DNA from: Iphione sp. A-MEVVRFRX5
Lineage: Eukaryota
DNA: 64,000 bases
NCBI GenBank assembly: GCA_976226885.1
Contig: OZ320318.1
Location: 96,596,001-96,660,000 of the forward strand
Direction of reading: 5' to 3'
Positions within the stretch are counted from its first letter, which is position 1. Every line of letters starts with the position of its first letter. Of the stretch, positions 25,429 through 38,095 are shown piece after piece. The translations under genes were made by a program, and so were the position numbers. The notes below the pieces were generated by a model, which was given only the letters and a program-made list of their open reading frames with translations, was not told the DNA's origin and did no database searches.

Positions 25429-26161
25429 TGATGAACATCTCACCAATATGAGAGACATCAGAACGTAACATTGCAGTGCCATGCATGCGTACGGTAACCT
25501 AAACGTATTCATTGACTTCCTGATCTAACCATGCTGTTTACCCATGCTATCATTAACTAGAAGAGCTTCATGTGACGTGTGCTCAGCCAGGCGTACCTGC
25601 ACGGCCTCGCCGGTCACGCATCAATGAGCACGACGGGTGTAGTTTACTGGAGGGCGCCCGGGTCGCCTTGATCATGAGCTCCTCCCACGCTTCTCAACAG
25701 GTGCTCGGTGAAAGCGGCGAGAATGAGGCCGTCTCCCCACCCAGGTCTCTTTACACTGCGACTATAATGCGGGGAATAATGGCTGGAGCTGGGAGCGGGG
25801 GAGGGGGGCGGTCCCCGTACGGAGCGGCGTTAAGTGATACGGACTACGCGGCCATTCAGGCCCGCCGGGGGCTGGCGCGCGCGGGGCGGGGTGGGGGGAG
25901 GGGGGCTGGCGCGGGCCGCGTATTGATCCCCGACGATATGGAGCTTTACGCAGCGGCGGCGCGAGGTGGCGCCCTCGTCAATAGCGGCTATCGTCGCTGG
26001 GTGCTCGACCCCCCCTCCCCCCTCCCCCCCTCCCCTGGGGGGGGATGTCTCCCAGGGCTCCGGGCCCGAGTAGGGCGGGACGGCGGCCGGGGGAGGATCG
26101 GAGGAGGAGGCACAACGGACGCTGGGCCACACCCAAGGCTTTCGGGATAGGAGGGTAGGTA

Positions 26162-26190
26162 AGGTCAAAGGTTAGGTCAAAGGTTAGGTC
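26162..26190 (+). promoter_or_regulatory. Duplicated DR1-type nuclear-receptor half-site array
   Basis: AGGTCAAAGGTTAGGTCAAAGGTTAGGTC next to a CpG island. Confidence 0.3.
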
Positions 26191-27299
26191 TAGAACTGTG
26201 AATGGGCAGTCGGGAGAAGCGTTCTTCAAGTGGTAGTGACGTCTCAGTGGTAGCTTACACTGGTACCCTGACCTACATCAAGGGCAGGTTGCGAGGTGAA
26301 CGGAAGTGGGGTTTCTTGCTTTGGGTTTTTTTTAAATTTTTGGTCCCATAGTAATCGTTTGGCATTAATTTCCATGCATACTCTAATATATTGAAGAAAA
26401 CACATGTAGAACCACCTTTAGATTATGAGCATATGTCAAAATTATCATAGTTTGTTTTTTTTTCCAGAGTTCTGAGAATATGAAGAAACTCCCATATTAT
26501 CACCACTCTTCACATTGTCATTTTTACAAAACTAAGAGGAAGATTTCAATTTATGATTTCATTTCAATATCCTTTATCAATAACGATATAAAATCATCGC
26601 ATTAAATTCATATGATACCATTTAATCCATGAGATCAGGATTGACAAGCAGATGTTTACATACAACCAAGCGAAAACGCCAAGATTCCTCACTCGACGAA
26701 TAAGCATATGCTGTGTGTGTGTGTGTGTGTGCAGAACGCCATAGGGATAAGAGAACAGCTATAAGAATGGGCCCAAGACTGCCATGAAGACGCAAGCTGA
26801 AAGCGTATATGTGTACAGGGATGGACGCATAACTGTCATGAAGAAATGAGCTGAAAGCATACTTGGAGGTAGTGTACAGGTACAAGGATGGAACCACGAC
26901 GACCATGAGGAAGCAAGGTGAATGCATACTTGGAGGTAGTGTAGTTTGGGGAGACTACAAACTACAGTGAGGATACGGCAATAAGGCCTTAAGAAATATC
27001 TGTCTCAGTTAGGCCAACCCATCATCTGTGGATCTCTAATGGTGCATCTGCACTGCAGTCAGCCTTTGGTCTCACGACATCCAGCCAAGCTCGTTAAGTC
27101 CACAGGACCACGGCACAGAAACGCAGCCAGAGGATGATCTTACCCAATTAAATGTCCATTCTGCAGCTGAAACCACACAGAATAGGTTTCAAGATAAAAT
27201 CTCTAAAAATCCTATAAATGTGGTACTGAAATATGTAGGCTTCATCGGATTCCCCGCATCCTTCGGGGTGTAGTTGCTAGAATTACCAGCTATAGGAAA

Positions 27300-27455
27300 G
27301 CGTTCTCTGTACCCTCCAGGGTGTAGGTACTGGAAATATCAGTTATAGGAGAGAGTTCCCTGTACCCTCCAGGGTGTAGGTACAGGAAGTATCCTCCATA
27401 GGAGGGAGTTCCCTGTACCCTCCGGGGTGTAGGTACTGGAAATATCAACTGTAGA
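27300..27455. repeat. Short tandem repeat, ~53-bp unit, ~3 copies
   Basis: ctgtaccctccagggtgtaggtac repeated. Confidence 0.85.
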
Positions 27456-29111
27456 GAGAGGAATGCAACAATATGCAAAGGAAAGATATTGAGAAAGAGA
27501 CAGAGAAATACGTGAACTCAGTGTCCAACTAGTATATGACAAGTTGCCTAAAATGGAGGTTGTGTGAAGTGGATTTGGCAGATCTACAGACAAACAAACA
27601 CAAACAGGCAAATTTCTTGAGCCACAACTATGAAAACCGTGCACATATTTGTGGAATTTTTGAAACTCAGGCATAACCGTGGACACCTTGTGGTTTTATG
27701 CACATGATATGTAACTAAACACACAGGATATCCACAAGACACAAACATGCACATATACCCACTCACTTTGAGTGAGGGGGCTCAGCCAGGCCGCAGCCAA
27801 CATGGCACCTGGCAACCTCTCAGCTCAATACCACCCCACTGAAGGAAGGAGAAGGCCCGGCTTAGCTGGAGCCCTGAACCACCCACGTGACTCTCGGCTG
27901 GATGCTACACCACTATGATGGAGGGAACACTGCCAAGGATGAACCTTCACGTTCCCGCCCACTTCTTGGTCTCCCTTCTATGAGGGTGCAGTCCAGCTGA
28001 GCTTAAGCAATATGGCTGCCTGCACACTTCTCCGCTCAATGCTGACTCACAAGTAGTCCAGTCCATCAGGGTCTTCTATATTTTCACATAGCACACCTCT
28101 GCATGTGTCCTGAGAGCCCTGACTTGGGGAGGTACATCAGTCTGCAGTGCTTGTGGTCCATCACTGGCGGTGCAATATACTCTTCACAGAGGAAAATGCT
28201 GTAACAGTCTATAGAACAAATCCAACCCTATCAAACAAAGCTGGATGAAGACCAACACTGCTATCATTCTGGAGGTCATGCTGTTTTTTATTCTTTACCC
28301 ATGCGGTAAACACGTCACAATACCACATGCTGCAGACGTGTACCCCACTAGGGCGTGTGTGAGGTCAGAGGTGAAATGCATCCAATTTTTTCCAAAACAA
28401 AATGGTGGACGTGTTGGTTCAGTGTTTGAACAGTGAATTATGATGAAATAAAAATGTTTGCAGTGAAATGAGTGGGATGACTCGCATCTAACCTAGATCC
28501 TTTAGAGGTCTGTGGAAGCGATGTCATGTGTGTACATGTATTTCTGTTGATGAGAAGACTTCTAGCACTTTTATTGTTGGCGCCAGTCGCACAGAACAGC
28601 CTTATTAGTGTTGAGGTGAAATCATACGTTTAATAATGGATCTGTTACGGTCAGTGTCTTACGGTGTGCAGGTCTCCAGAATCTTCCTGATCCAACTGTG
28701 GAACTTGTAAAAATAGTTGAGGTATCAAGCACCTACAGCTTTCGTGAATTATCTTGTCCTGTTCCTGTCGCATACATTCCTGGGAAAGATTAATTAAGTA
28801 TTGTCTCAGTGTCTTATTAAGACACTAATATCGTTTAATTACTGGCAAGCTGACTGAGTTATCTGATCGCCGTCTATTTTACTCGAACATATTTCCTTCA
28901 CAAACAACGGATTTAGTGGATTACCTGCAACCAAAAGGAAAACTAACTACATTAAGCAACACACATTCACCATTGGCCATCCTCCGTGACCTCCGTGACC
29001 TCCGTGACCCCTTGACCCCGGGCGGTAATTTCATCCCGAGACACGGGGGAATCTAATCCAGAACGATCGTGGCCGAGATAAATAATTATCGATCAGCACC
29101 GAAGGCACGTG

Positions 29112-29207
29112 GCGCCCCCTAGCGGACCGGGAGTCACATGACCTCTCGCCGAGATTTGGCGAGAGTGGCTTTGCTGGCAGCGACCTCTAGTGGAAGGCCA
29201 GGTAAGC
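29112..29207. promoter_or_regulatory. Two same-orientation CTCF-type motifs followed by a plus-strand donor
   Basis: Minus-strand CCGCTAGGGGGCGC (29125-29112) and CCACTAGAGGTCGC (29193-29180); CAG|GTAAGC at 29202. Confidence 0.35.
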
Positions 29208-29309
29208 TTGGCCGGCTCAATATGGCCGGTGGGGATGTCATGCTTGGCAGCCTGGGGTAAGGCGGGCGGATTGTCTGTATCCATACTGGGTGGGCGTGTA
29301 CGCAGCAGG

Positions 29310-31265
29310 TTAGCAGTGGGAGAGGGTGGTGGTGGGTACAAGCAGTGGGAGAGGAAGGTGGTGGGTACAAGCAGTGGGAGAGGACGGTGGTGGATACACG
29401 CAGTGGGAGAGGACAGTAGTTGGTACATGCAGTGGGAGAGGACGGTGGTGGGTACAAGCAGTGGGAGTGGACAGTGGTGGGTACAAGCAGTAGGAGAGGA
29501 CGGTGGTGGGTACAAGCAGTGGGAGAGGACGGTGGTGGGTACAAGCAGTAGGAGAGGACGGTGGTGGGTACACACAGTGGGAGAGGACGGTGGTGGTGGG
29601 TAAATGCAGTGGGAGAGGATGGTGCTGGGTACACACAGTGGGACAGGACGGTGGTAGGTACATGCAGTGAGAGAGGACAGTGGTGGATATAAGCAGTGGG
29701 AGTGGACGGTGTTGGATACAAGCAGTGGGGGAGGACAGTGGTGGGTTCACACAGTGGGAGAGGACAGTGGTGGATATAAGCAGTGGGAGAGGAAGGTGGG
29801 TACATGCAGTGGGAGAGGACGGTGGTGGGTACAAGCACTGGGAGAGGACGGTGGTGGTGGGTACATGCAGTGGGAGAAGACAGTGGTGGGTTCACACAGT
29901 GGGAGAGGACGGTGGTGGGTACAAGCAGTGGGAGAGGACGGTGGTGGTGGGTACATGCAGTGGGGGAGGACGGTGGTAGGTATAAGCAGTGGGAGAGGAC
30001 GGTGGTGGGTACAAGCAGTGGGGGAGGACAATGGTGGGTTCACACAGTGGGAGAGGACGGTGGTGGGTATATGCAGTGGGAGAGGATGGTGGTGGGTACA
30101 CGCAGTGGGGGAGGATGGTGGTGGGTATAAGCAGTGGGAGAGGACGGTGGTGGGTAGATGCAGTGGGGGAGGATGGTGGTGGGTACAAGCAGTGGGAGAG
30201 GACAGTGGTGGGTATATGCAGTGGGAGAGGACGGTGGTGGGTACAAGCAGTGGGAGAGGACGGTGGTGGGTACAAGCAGTGGGAGAGGTTGGTGGTGGTT
30301 ACAAGCAGTGGGAGAGGACGGTGGTTGGTACAAGCAGTGGGAAAGGATGGTGGTGGGTACATGTAATGGGAGAGGATGGTGGCTGATACAAGCAGTGGGA
30401 GAGGTTGGTGGTAGGTATAAGCAGGGGAAGAGGGCCGTGGTAGGTACAAGCAGTGGGAGAGGACGGTGGTGGGTACAAGCAGTGGGAGAGGACGGTGGTG
30501 GAAACAAGCAGTGGGAGAGGACGGTGATGTATACTAGCAGTGGGAGAGGATGGTGGTGGGTACAAGCAGTGGGAGAGGATGGTGGTGGGTACAAGCAGTG
30601 GGAGAGGACGGTGGTGGGTACAAGCAGTGGGGGAGGACGGTGGTGGGTACATGCAGTGGGAGAGGATGGTGGTGGTGGGTACATGCAGTGGGGAGGATGG
30701 TGGTGAGTACATGCAGTGGGAGAGGGCGGTGGTGGGTACAAGCAGTGGGAGAGGAAGGTGGTGGGTACAAGCAGTGGGAGAGGATGGTGGTGGTACATGC
30801 AGTGGGAGAGGACGGTGGTGGGTACAAACAGTGGGAGAGGATGGTGGTGGGTACATGCAGTGGGAGAGGACAGTGGTAGGTATAAGCAGTGGGAGAGGAC
30901 GGTGGTGGGTAGATGCAGTGGGAGAGGACGGTGGTAGGTACAAGCAGTGGAAGAGGACGGTGGTGGATACAAGCAGTGGGAGAGGACGGTGGTAGGTACA
31001 AGCAGTGGGAGAGGACGGTGGTGGATACAAGCAGTGGGAGAGGACGGTGGTGGGTACATGCAGTGGGAGAGGACGGTGGTGGGTACAAACAGTGGGAGAG
31101 GACGGTGGTGGGTAGATACAGTGGGGGAGGATGGTGGTGGGTACATGCAGTGGGAGAGGACGGTGGTTCGGTACACACAGTGGGGGAACGGTGGTTACAA
31201 GCAGTGGGAGAGGACGGTGGTGGGTACAAGCGGTGTGAGAGGATGGTAGTGGGTAGATGTAGCGG
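29310..31265. repeat. G-rich minisatellite, ~29-bp unit, ~65 copies
   Basis: caagcagtgggagaggacggtggtgggta with frequent ggt expansions. Confidence 0.98.
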
Positions 31266-32349
31266 GAAGGTATGGTTGCGGGTACAACCAATGTAAAGGC
31301 AGATTCGACTGGAAAGTGTTTTGTAAAGGCTTTATAGCCTGTCAATGAATGAAAATGATGTTTCGATAAACAATAAGTTATGGAGATGATATATACAGGT
31401 GCCTCCACCTGAGGCGTTTCATCAACTGATTGAGTTTACACGTTTATCATGTCCGCATCGTTATTTTCAGCAGTGGTTCTGCTGACGTTAGCAATTCCAA
31501 CTCAAGGTATGTCCGAGAGAAACATTTTAGAAACAATTGCTTGGATCTTCTCTCCACTTAGGGTCCCTGGCGATATATGATAATGTCCATATAATCTATA
31601 TATTATTTACATGTATGCAACATTTCACATAGTTTGTTATACCGTGTATACATATCCTTAAGGGAACCTATTTATGATAGATTTGTTGGTAACCTAGACT
31701 CCATAATTGACACCTTGTATTGAATTGATATTTATATTTTAATAAAGGTGTGTTTGCCAGTCTGCCAACGCTGACAAAAGCTACATCAATGACGTCATGA
31801 AAGGCTATAGTGTTTGTATTTTCCGGACAACATGGCTGACACGGAGAACTGACTGACGGCGCTTGGGGAGAGGGCGATGTTCTTCATCAACATTATGAGG
31901 TGTATCTCTCCTTCCTGTATGAACTTTAAACCTAGCGTTTCTCAGGCGAGGGAAATGTGCGATTTTATAGTGAATATATGAAAAGATAAATTCAATCTTA
32001 GATTAATATACACATTAACCTGCACAAGCACTACCCAACTCAGGCGAGCCTGCCAGTTCCCATGGAAACGTACCCGACAAGACATCATGGTTTGCTAGAA
32101 AAGTCTACTACATCTCGCGCCCTCGGAATAAATTTGCAAATGTTGGTCCGATCATGATCGGCCATGTAAAGCTTGTAATGGGGCTGAAGGGGGGGATGGG
32201 GCGCCCTCTTCTGGTGACATTATGCAGCAGGTCAAGGTCACTTGGAAAACCATACTAACCGATTACCAACCGTCCAGCCCAGCTTTCAGCTTGTTCATCT
32301 TCAGCGTTGATATTTTTTTCAATATATTCACATGAGTGGGAAGATCAAA

Positions 32350-32640
32350 CCGTACTGGTCGCTCCCCCTCTCCCTCACTCTGATTTTCACCTCTACGTGC
32401 TTGCATGTGGACAGTAATGTCATATACTATGTAATGAAATATAATATGTGATACAATATCTATGAACTGCAATGTCCGCATCAAATCTCCCTCACTCTTA
32501 TTTTCACCTCTAGTCACCTGCATGTGGACAGTAATGTCATACGCTATGTAATGTAATATGTGATGTGATAACTATGAACTGTAATGTCCGTACCCCTCTC
32601 CCTCACTGCTATTTTCACCTCTAGTCGCCTGCATGTGGAT
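32350..32640. repeat. Tandem repeat, ~115-bp unit, ~2.5 copies
   Basis: ctccctcact..ttttcacctcta..tgcatgtgga at 32370, 32487 and 32599. Confidence 0.85.
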
Positions 32641-33062
32641 TTTTTCGTACTTGTAGTTGTGTTTATAGCTACCACTGGAGTTGCTGTCTACTGAATTAGA
32701 GAGGTGCAGAATCAGTGGTATCATCTACTGGTGTCCCGCCGAGCCTGCGGGGGGGAGGGGGGAGGGGGGAGGGGGGAGGGGGAGGGAGCTGTCTGTGAAC
32801 ATAGCAGATAACTATCACTTTTATTGCATTCATAAAGCTAAGACGATTAGGTCCAGCCTTAATGCATGTATCTACTAGGGGTGGGGGGGGGTACATCAAC
32901 CTGAGCCAGCCGTCGAGATATGCAGGATGGAAGCCACATAGGACGGGGGCGGTAATGGGGGCGGGGGTGGGGGGAGGGCTGGGATGGAGCTTTCAGGATG
33001 ATCACATTAAAGCGAACGACTACTACTAGCATGGCGCTGTACGTCATGGCATGGCGCCTACA

Positions 33063-33357
33063 GTGCATTGTTATTCCTGCAATATATGGTGGTGTGATTG
33101 GTGCAATATGAGTGGTGCATTGTTATTCCTACAATGAAACACCTACTGAACGGATCCTTAGAAGTTCCAAGTTGTGCTTTGCTAGAATTTGCTTTCTCCG
33201 CTCCGTTTTCCAGACGTCTCCTGTCATATCCCCCTGTGGTGTGTTTAGACCCCAGTCTTTAATAACCTCCTAGCAAATAGAATGTTTGTGTGTGCCTGCA
33301 TCGATTTTCTATTTATAATTATTATTTTCTGCCGCTTCGCATGAATGTATGGATCAG
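33063..33357 (+). repeat. Left arm of a long inverted repeat
   Basis: Reverse complement of 36211 onward; about a dozen mismatches over the ~220-bp unique part, counted by eye. Confidence 0.95.
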
Positions 33358-33634
33358 TTTACACGGGACACTGCGGCCTGGTATTCAACAAACAGGCCAC
33401 CGGGGGGCGGAGCGATGGGGGAGGGGGGGGGGTGGTTTCTACCATACAGGCTCCTAAATGATCTCAGGCATAACGACGTAAATATCCACCCCGCCTTTCA
33501 CGGATCAATCGTAGCTTTCTGTCGCAGCAGCGAAAGAGCAGACGCTCCCGTCTTGGTGCTGTCTCGGAGCGGAGGGGGTGAGTAGATTAGATTCTATTAC
33601 TGCAGATAATTAGGTCTTTCACGAGCCGCCGCCC

Positions 33635-34480
33635 AGATGGGTGGGACTGGTGTGTACTCGAGCGGCAGTGAGGTGGGAACATCCCTGGTTGGCTAAGAAC
33701 TGGTGCCTGAATCAGACTTGTCTTCCACCTGTATATGGTATGCACATGTCCAGATGGATGGGACTGGTGCCTACTCAAGTGGCAGTGAGGTGGGAACATC
33801 CCTGGTTGGCTGAGGACTGATGCATACTCAAGCGGCAGTGAGGTGGGAATCTCCCTGGTTTGCTGAGGACTGGTGCCTGAATCAGACTTGTCTTCCACCT
33901 CAGTGTGGTACACACATGTCCAGATGGATGGGACTGGTGCGTACTCGAGCGGCAGTGAGGTGGGAATCTCCCTGGTTTGCTGAGGACTGGTGGCTGAATC
34001 AGACTTGTCTTCCACCTCTGTGTGGTACGCTCACGTCCAGATGGATGGGACTAGTGTGTACTCGAGTGGCAATGAGGTGGGAATCTCCCCGGTTTGCTGA
34101 GGACTGGTGCCTGAATCAGACTTGTCTTCCACCTCTGTGTGGTATGCACACGTCCAGATGGATGGGACTGGTGTGTACCTGAGCAGCAGTGAGGTGGGAA
34201 CATCCCTGGTTTGCTGAGGACTGGTGCCTGAATCAGACTTGTCTTCCACCTCTGCGTGGTACGCACACATCCAGATGGATGGAACTGGTGTGTACTCGAG
34301 CGGCAGTGAGGTGGGAGCATCCCTGGTTTGCTGAGGACTGGTGCCTGAATCAGACTTGTCTGCCACCTCTGTGTGAGCTGCCGTCCAGATGGATGGGACT
34401 GGTGTGTACTCAAGTGGCAGTGAAGCGGCAACGTCCCTGGTTTGCTGAGGACTGGTGTCTGAATCAGACTTCCACCACTG
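33635..34480. repeat. Tandem repeat, 117-bp unit, ~7 copies
   Basis: gtccagatggatgggactgg at 34035, 34152, 34269 and other copies; one earlier copy has a partial internal duplication. Confidence 0.95.
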
Positions 34481-35139
34481 TATGGTACGCATGTACTTAT
34501 TTCATTGAGGGGTGTTTCACATGTATCCATACGAGTCCGTGTCTGAATGCTTATGCAGAGACCTCCTGTGTATTTGGCACTGTTGATTGCTTCCCGATGG
34601 TCACCAGATGCATTTTACTATAGGCTTCTATGGGATCCGCATGCGGATGCAGAGAGGACCTATACCTGATGGATTGGGATCAGTGTCCAGAGGCAGATGC
34701 AGGAAGGCTCAGACACGTCTTTAGATCTGTATTCTTTTATACAGGCTGGAAAGAATCCACATAAGCGTCGTCCAGATGTGGGGCGGACAAAGATGGACAC
34801 ATGTGAATAACCCTTTAGCTAAAGCTTTTCTCATTGTATCCCATATGAAAATCAACACTGGCCTATTGGACGTACTAACTAGACCACTTGCTGGCCTCTG
34901 ACGCCTCGGTTTCCCATTATTTTTCTTCTTTTTTTTGAGGTAGTATGAGAGATGTTAATGTAGTTTAGATCCACCCGGAGTGCCAGCGTGTTTAACACTG
35001 AGCGTCGCACCCACTACGAGAATCCAGCATGGCGCCAGCGACGGGGAGCATTTCAGGCGTCCCTCTTTCTAACTGCTGACGCCTGTATGCTAATCTTGGT
35101 CAGTCAACCGCCACAGGAAAACAGAAAATGCACACGCAC

Positions 35140-35193
35140 ATCTAAAGAGCGTCGCGGGTAAATCTCGCCCGCCGCCGCCGCCGCCGCCGCCAT
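35140..35193 (-). CDS. Candidate first coding exon MAAAAAAAGEIYPRRSLD
   Basis: gcgATGGCG in a CpG island, (GCG)7 Ala run, donor GAT|GTGCGT at 35139. Confidence 0.3.
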
Positions 35194-36210
35194 CGCCCCG
35201 CGGCGGGGTCGGCAGTTCCGGCGTACAGCGGCCGGCCGGCAGGCGGCGCTGGAGAGAGGAACGCCGCGTGACGCCAGCACATAGCGCCACAATGCGAGAC
35301 GGCGGGGATCAATATTTCAGACAGCCATTATGTGGGGGGGGGCGCGGGGTACGGCTGAAGCCTAGACGCAAATAAACAGGAATGTTCAATACGGCAGCAA
35401 TGCAAATAGCATATAGGGATGTATAACCCGGGGATCGATCCCTCATTACAACAAATGTCCTATTCCAATATAAGAAAAAAACGTTCTTTTGATCTAATCG
35501 TCTAATTTTACAGCAGTCCCACTCTATTGCTGACCGTTTCTTTGATAAAAATTATTATTAGTCCATATTTATTATTGACAGGACTTTCCGCAGTCACCTA
35601 TCTAAATGTACCTGTGCGTAAAATATAATTGAAACGCAATGTTATCAAATTGGCAGAAAACATTATAAGAGAAAACTATCTTAATGTCATGAAATGCTGC
35701 TTAAAGTATTTTGGCATGTCATTTATGGATGCAATTCTAAAGAATATATACTATTTACACAGATATATCCTCCGCTCCCATGTGAATGCCAAGACACAGC
35801 CTCCAAGGGGACATGCCAGAGCCCTGTCAGAGGACACCTTCATAGGTCTCACAATGGTGTTTTCCTACGGTAAATAGCTTCGGCGGGAAGGCATTTGGCT
35901 GCATACTATTGTGCTGGCTTTCGGGACTGCTCAGATGTCAGAAACTGTCGAGTCAGCAGAATGGAGGCGGTGTGGAAGCGATATGCGAGTTGAGAAGCAT
36001 TAAGTGGCCCGCGGCGGGGGGGGGGTGGGGAGGGGTGGATTTGATATGCGTGAGGGCTCAGCTGTGACGGGTCGACTGAATCATTCACACGCTAGAAGTT
36101 TCACTCGACCGAGAAGTCCCTGCTGCTCTCCAACCAGAGACGATTCCGTCCTCCAGAGAAACCGAGGCTCTCTGATACTCATGGAGGAGACACGTGACGT
36201 TAGCAGGAGG

Positions 36211-36714
36211 CTGATCCATACATTCATGCGAAGCCACAGAAAATAATAATTATAAATAGACAATAGATGCAGGCACACATGAACATTCTGTTTGATAGGA
36301 GGTAATTAAAGACCGGCGGTCTAAACACACCACAGGGGGATATGACAGGAGACGTCTGGAAAACGGAGCGGAGAAAGCAAATTCTAGCAAAGCACAACTT
36401 GGAACTACTAAGGATCCGTTCAGTAGGTGTTTCATTGCAGGAATAACAATGCACCACTAATATTGCACCAATCACACCACCGTATATTGCAGGAATAACA
36501 ATGCACCACCAATATTACACCAATCACACCGCCGTATATTGCAGGAATAACAATGCACCACTTATATTGCACCAATCACACCACCATATATTGCAGGAAT
36601 AACAATGCACCACTTATATTACACCAATCACACCACCATATATTGCAGGAATAACAATGCACCACTAATATTGCACCAATCACACCACCGTATATTGCAG
36701 GAATAACAATGCAC
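36211..36714 (-). repeat. Right arm of the long inverted repeat, with a 52-bp subrepeat expanded to 6 copies
   Basis: gcaggaataacaatgcac at 36438, 36489, 36541, 36593, 36645 and 36697; the left arm has only ~1.5 copies. Confidence 0.95.
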
Positions 36715-37699
36715 GGAAACTCAGCGCAGACTATATAGAATTGCATCATCATTTACTCCGTCGGACCAAGATGTTATTTACATCATTCATACTTGGAACC
36801 TCAGACTCTGACATAACCCTAGCTCGAGGGTCTACTTGGGTCAAGGGTCTACTATACTAGGATCCGGGGCCGATAAGTTCACCATTATCTTCATATACTC
36901 TTCTTGTCAGCTGCTTTAACACTTTATTGAGATCCCTGTACACTGAACTGTATACTACGATGACATATTACAAGACTAACCCTACTGATAGGACTAAGCT
37001 ATACTGGTATAGATGTTACCAATTATATTATTGCACTTTGCAAGAAACAAGCTTTCCTTTATTCAGGTAGTCACATTATATTCCCACAATAACACTTAAA
37101 TAACATATGTGCACTATGGTTTGAAGAGGGAAGATTTAATACATATAAATGAAGATGAATAGAGAAAGGAAAGGTCAAAGGCAGTTAGTGTGATGTCAGA
37201 ACAAGGAAGACGAGTAGAGAAAGGAAAGGTCAAAGGTAGTTAGTGTGATGGAGGAATAAAGAATACGAGTAGAAACAGACATACAGAAGAAGAAGATGTC
37301 ATGAAATATGGGAGAGAAACTAGCTTCAAACAAATGACAAGATGACTTGTAGCGCAAGTTGTGATGGAACTTAAGTAGATGAGGACAAATAGATTATAGA
37401 GACATTAACATGGAATGAGCTATGTATAGAGAGAATCCAGCATCCAGAGCAGAACATATCACTAAGGGGCCTTTTCCATGTGTCCATTGTTAAAGCAAAT
37501 GCATGTGTTTGCATGATTGCATTACTGGCCAGACACGTCTTACACCAACAGACCCTTACACAGACACCCAGTCAAAACACACATGTGTCTCTTCGTATTT
37601 CTCCTACCCATCCAGGACAGCTTATCATGTGTCTGATTCTGTGATACCATAGGGATACATTGAAGAACACATCTGGATACCATGTGGTATTGGTTGTCT

Positions 37700-38095
37700 G
37701 TCTCGAGTGGCTCATGGTCTGTAGATGAACGTATGTTGTTGATGTGGGTGATGGGGGTTGGTATTGGTGGTCTGGCTCAAGTGGCTCATGGTCTGTAGAT
37801 GAACGTATGTTGTTGATGTGGGTGATGTGGGTTGGTATTAGTGGTCTGACTCAGGCAGCTTGTTGTCTGTAGATGAACGTATGTTGTTGATGTGGGTGAC
37901 GGGGGTTCGTATTGGTGGTCTGGCTCAAGTGGCTCATTGTCTGTAGATGAATGTATATTGTTGATGTGGGTGATGGGGGTTGGTATTGGTGGTCTGGCTC
38001 GAGTGGCTCGTGGTCTGTAGATGAACATATGTTGTTGATGTGGGTGATGCAGGTTCATATTTGTGGTCTGGCTCGAGTGGCTCGTGGTCTGTAGA
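37700..38095. repeat. Minisatellite, 74-bp unit, ~5.5 copies
   Basis: gtctgtagatgaacgtatgttgttgatgtggg at 37716, 37790, 37864, 37938, 38012 and 38086. Confidence 0.95.

Noticed and set aside
29093-31408. Numerous overlapping W/G/V-rich and P/T/H-rich ORFs
   Set aside because: Translations of the 29-bp minisatellite with frequent frame-changing indels.
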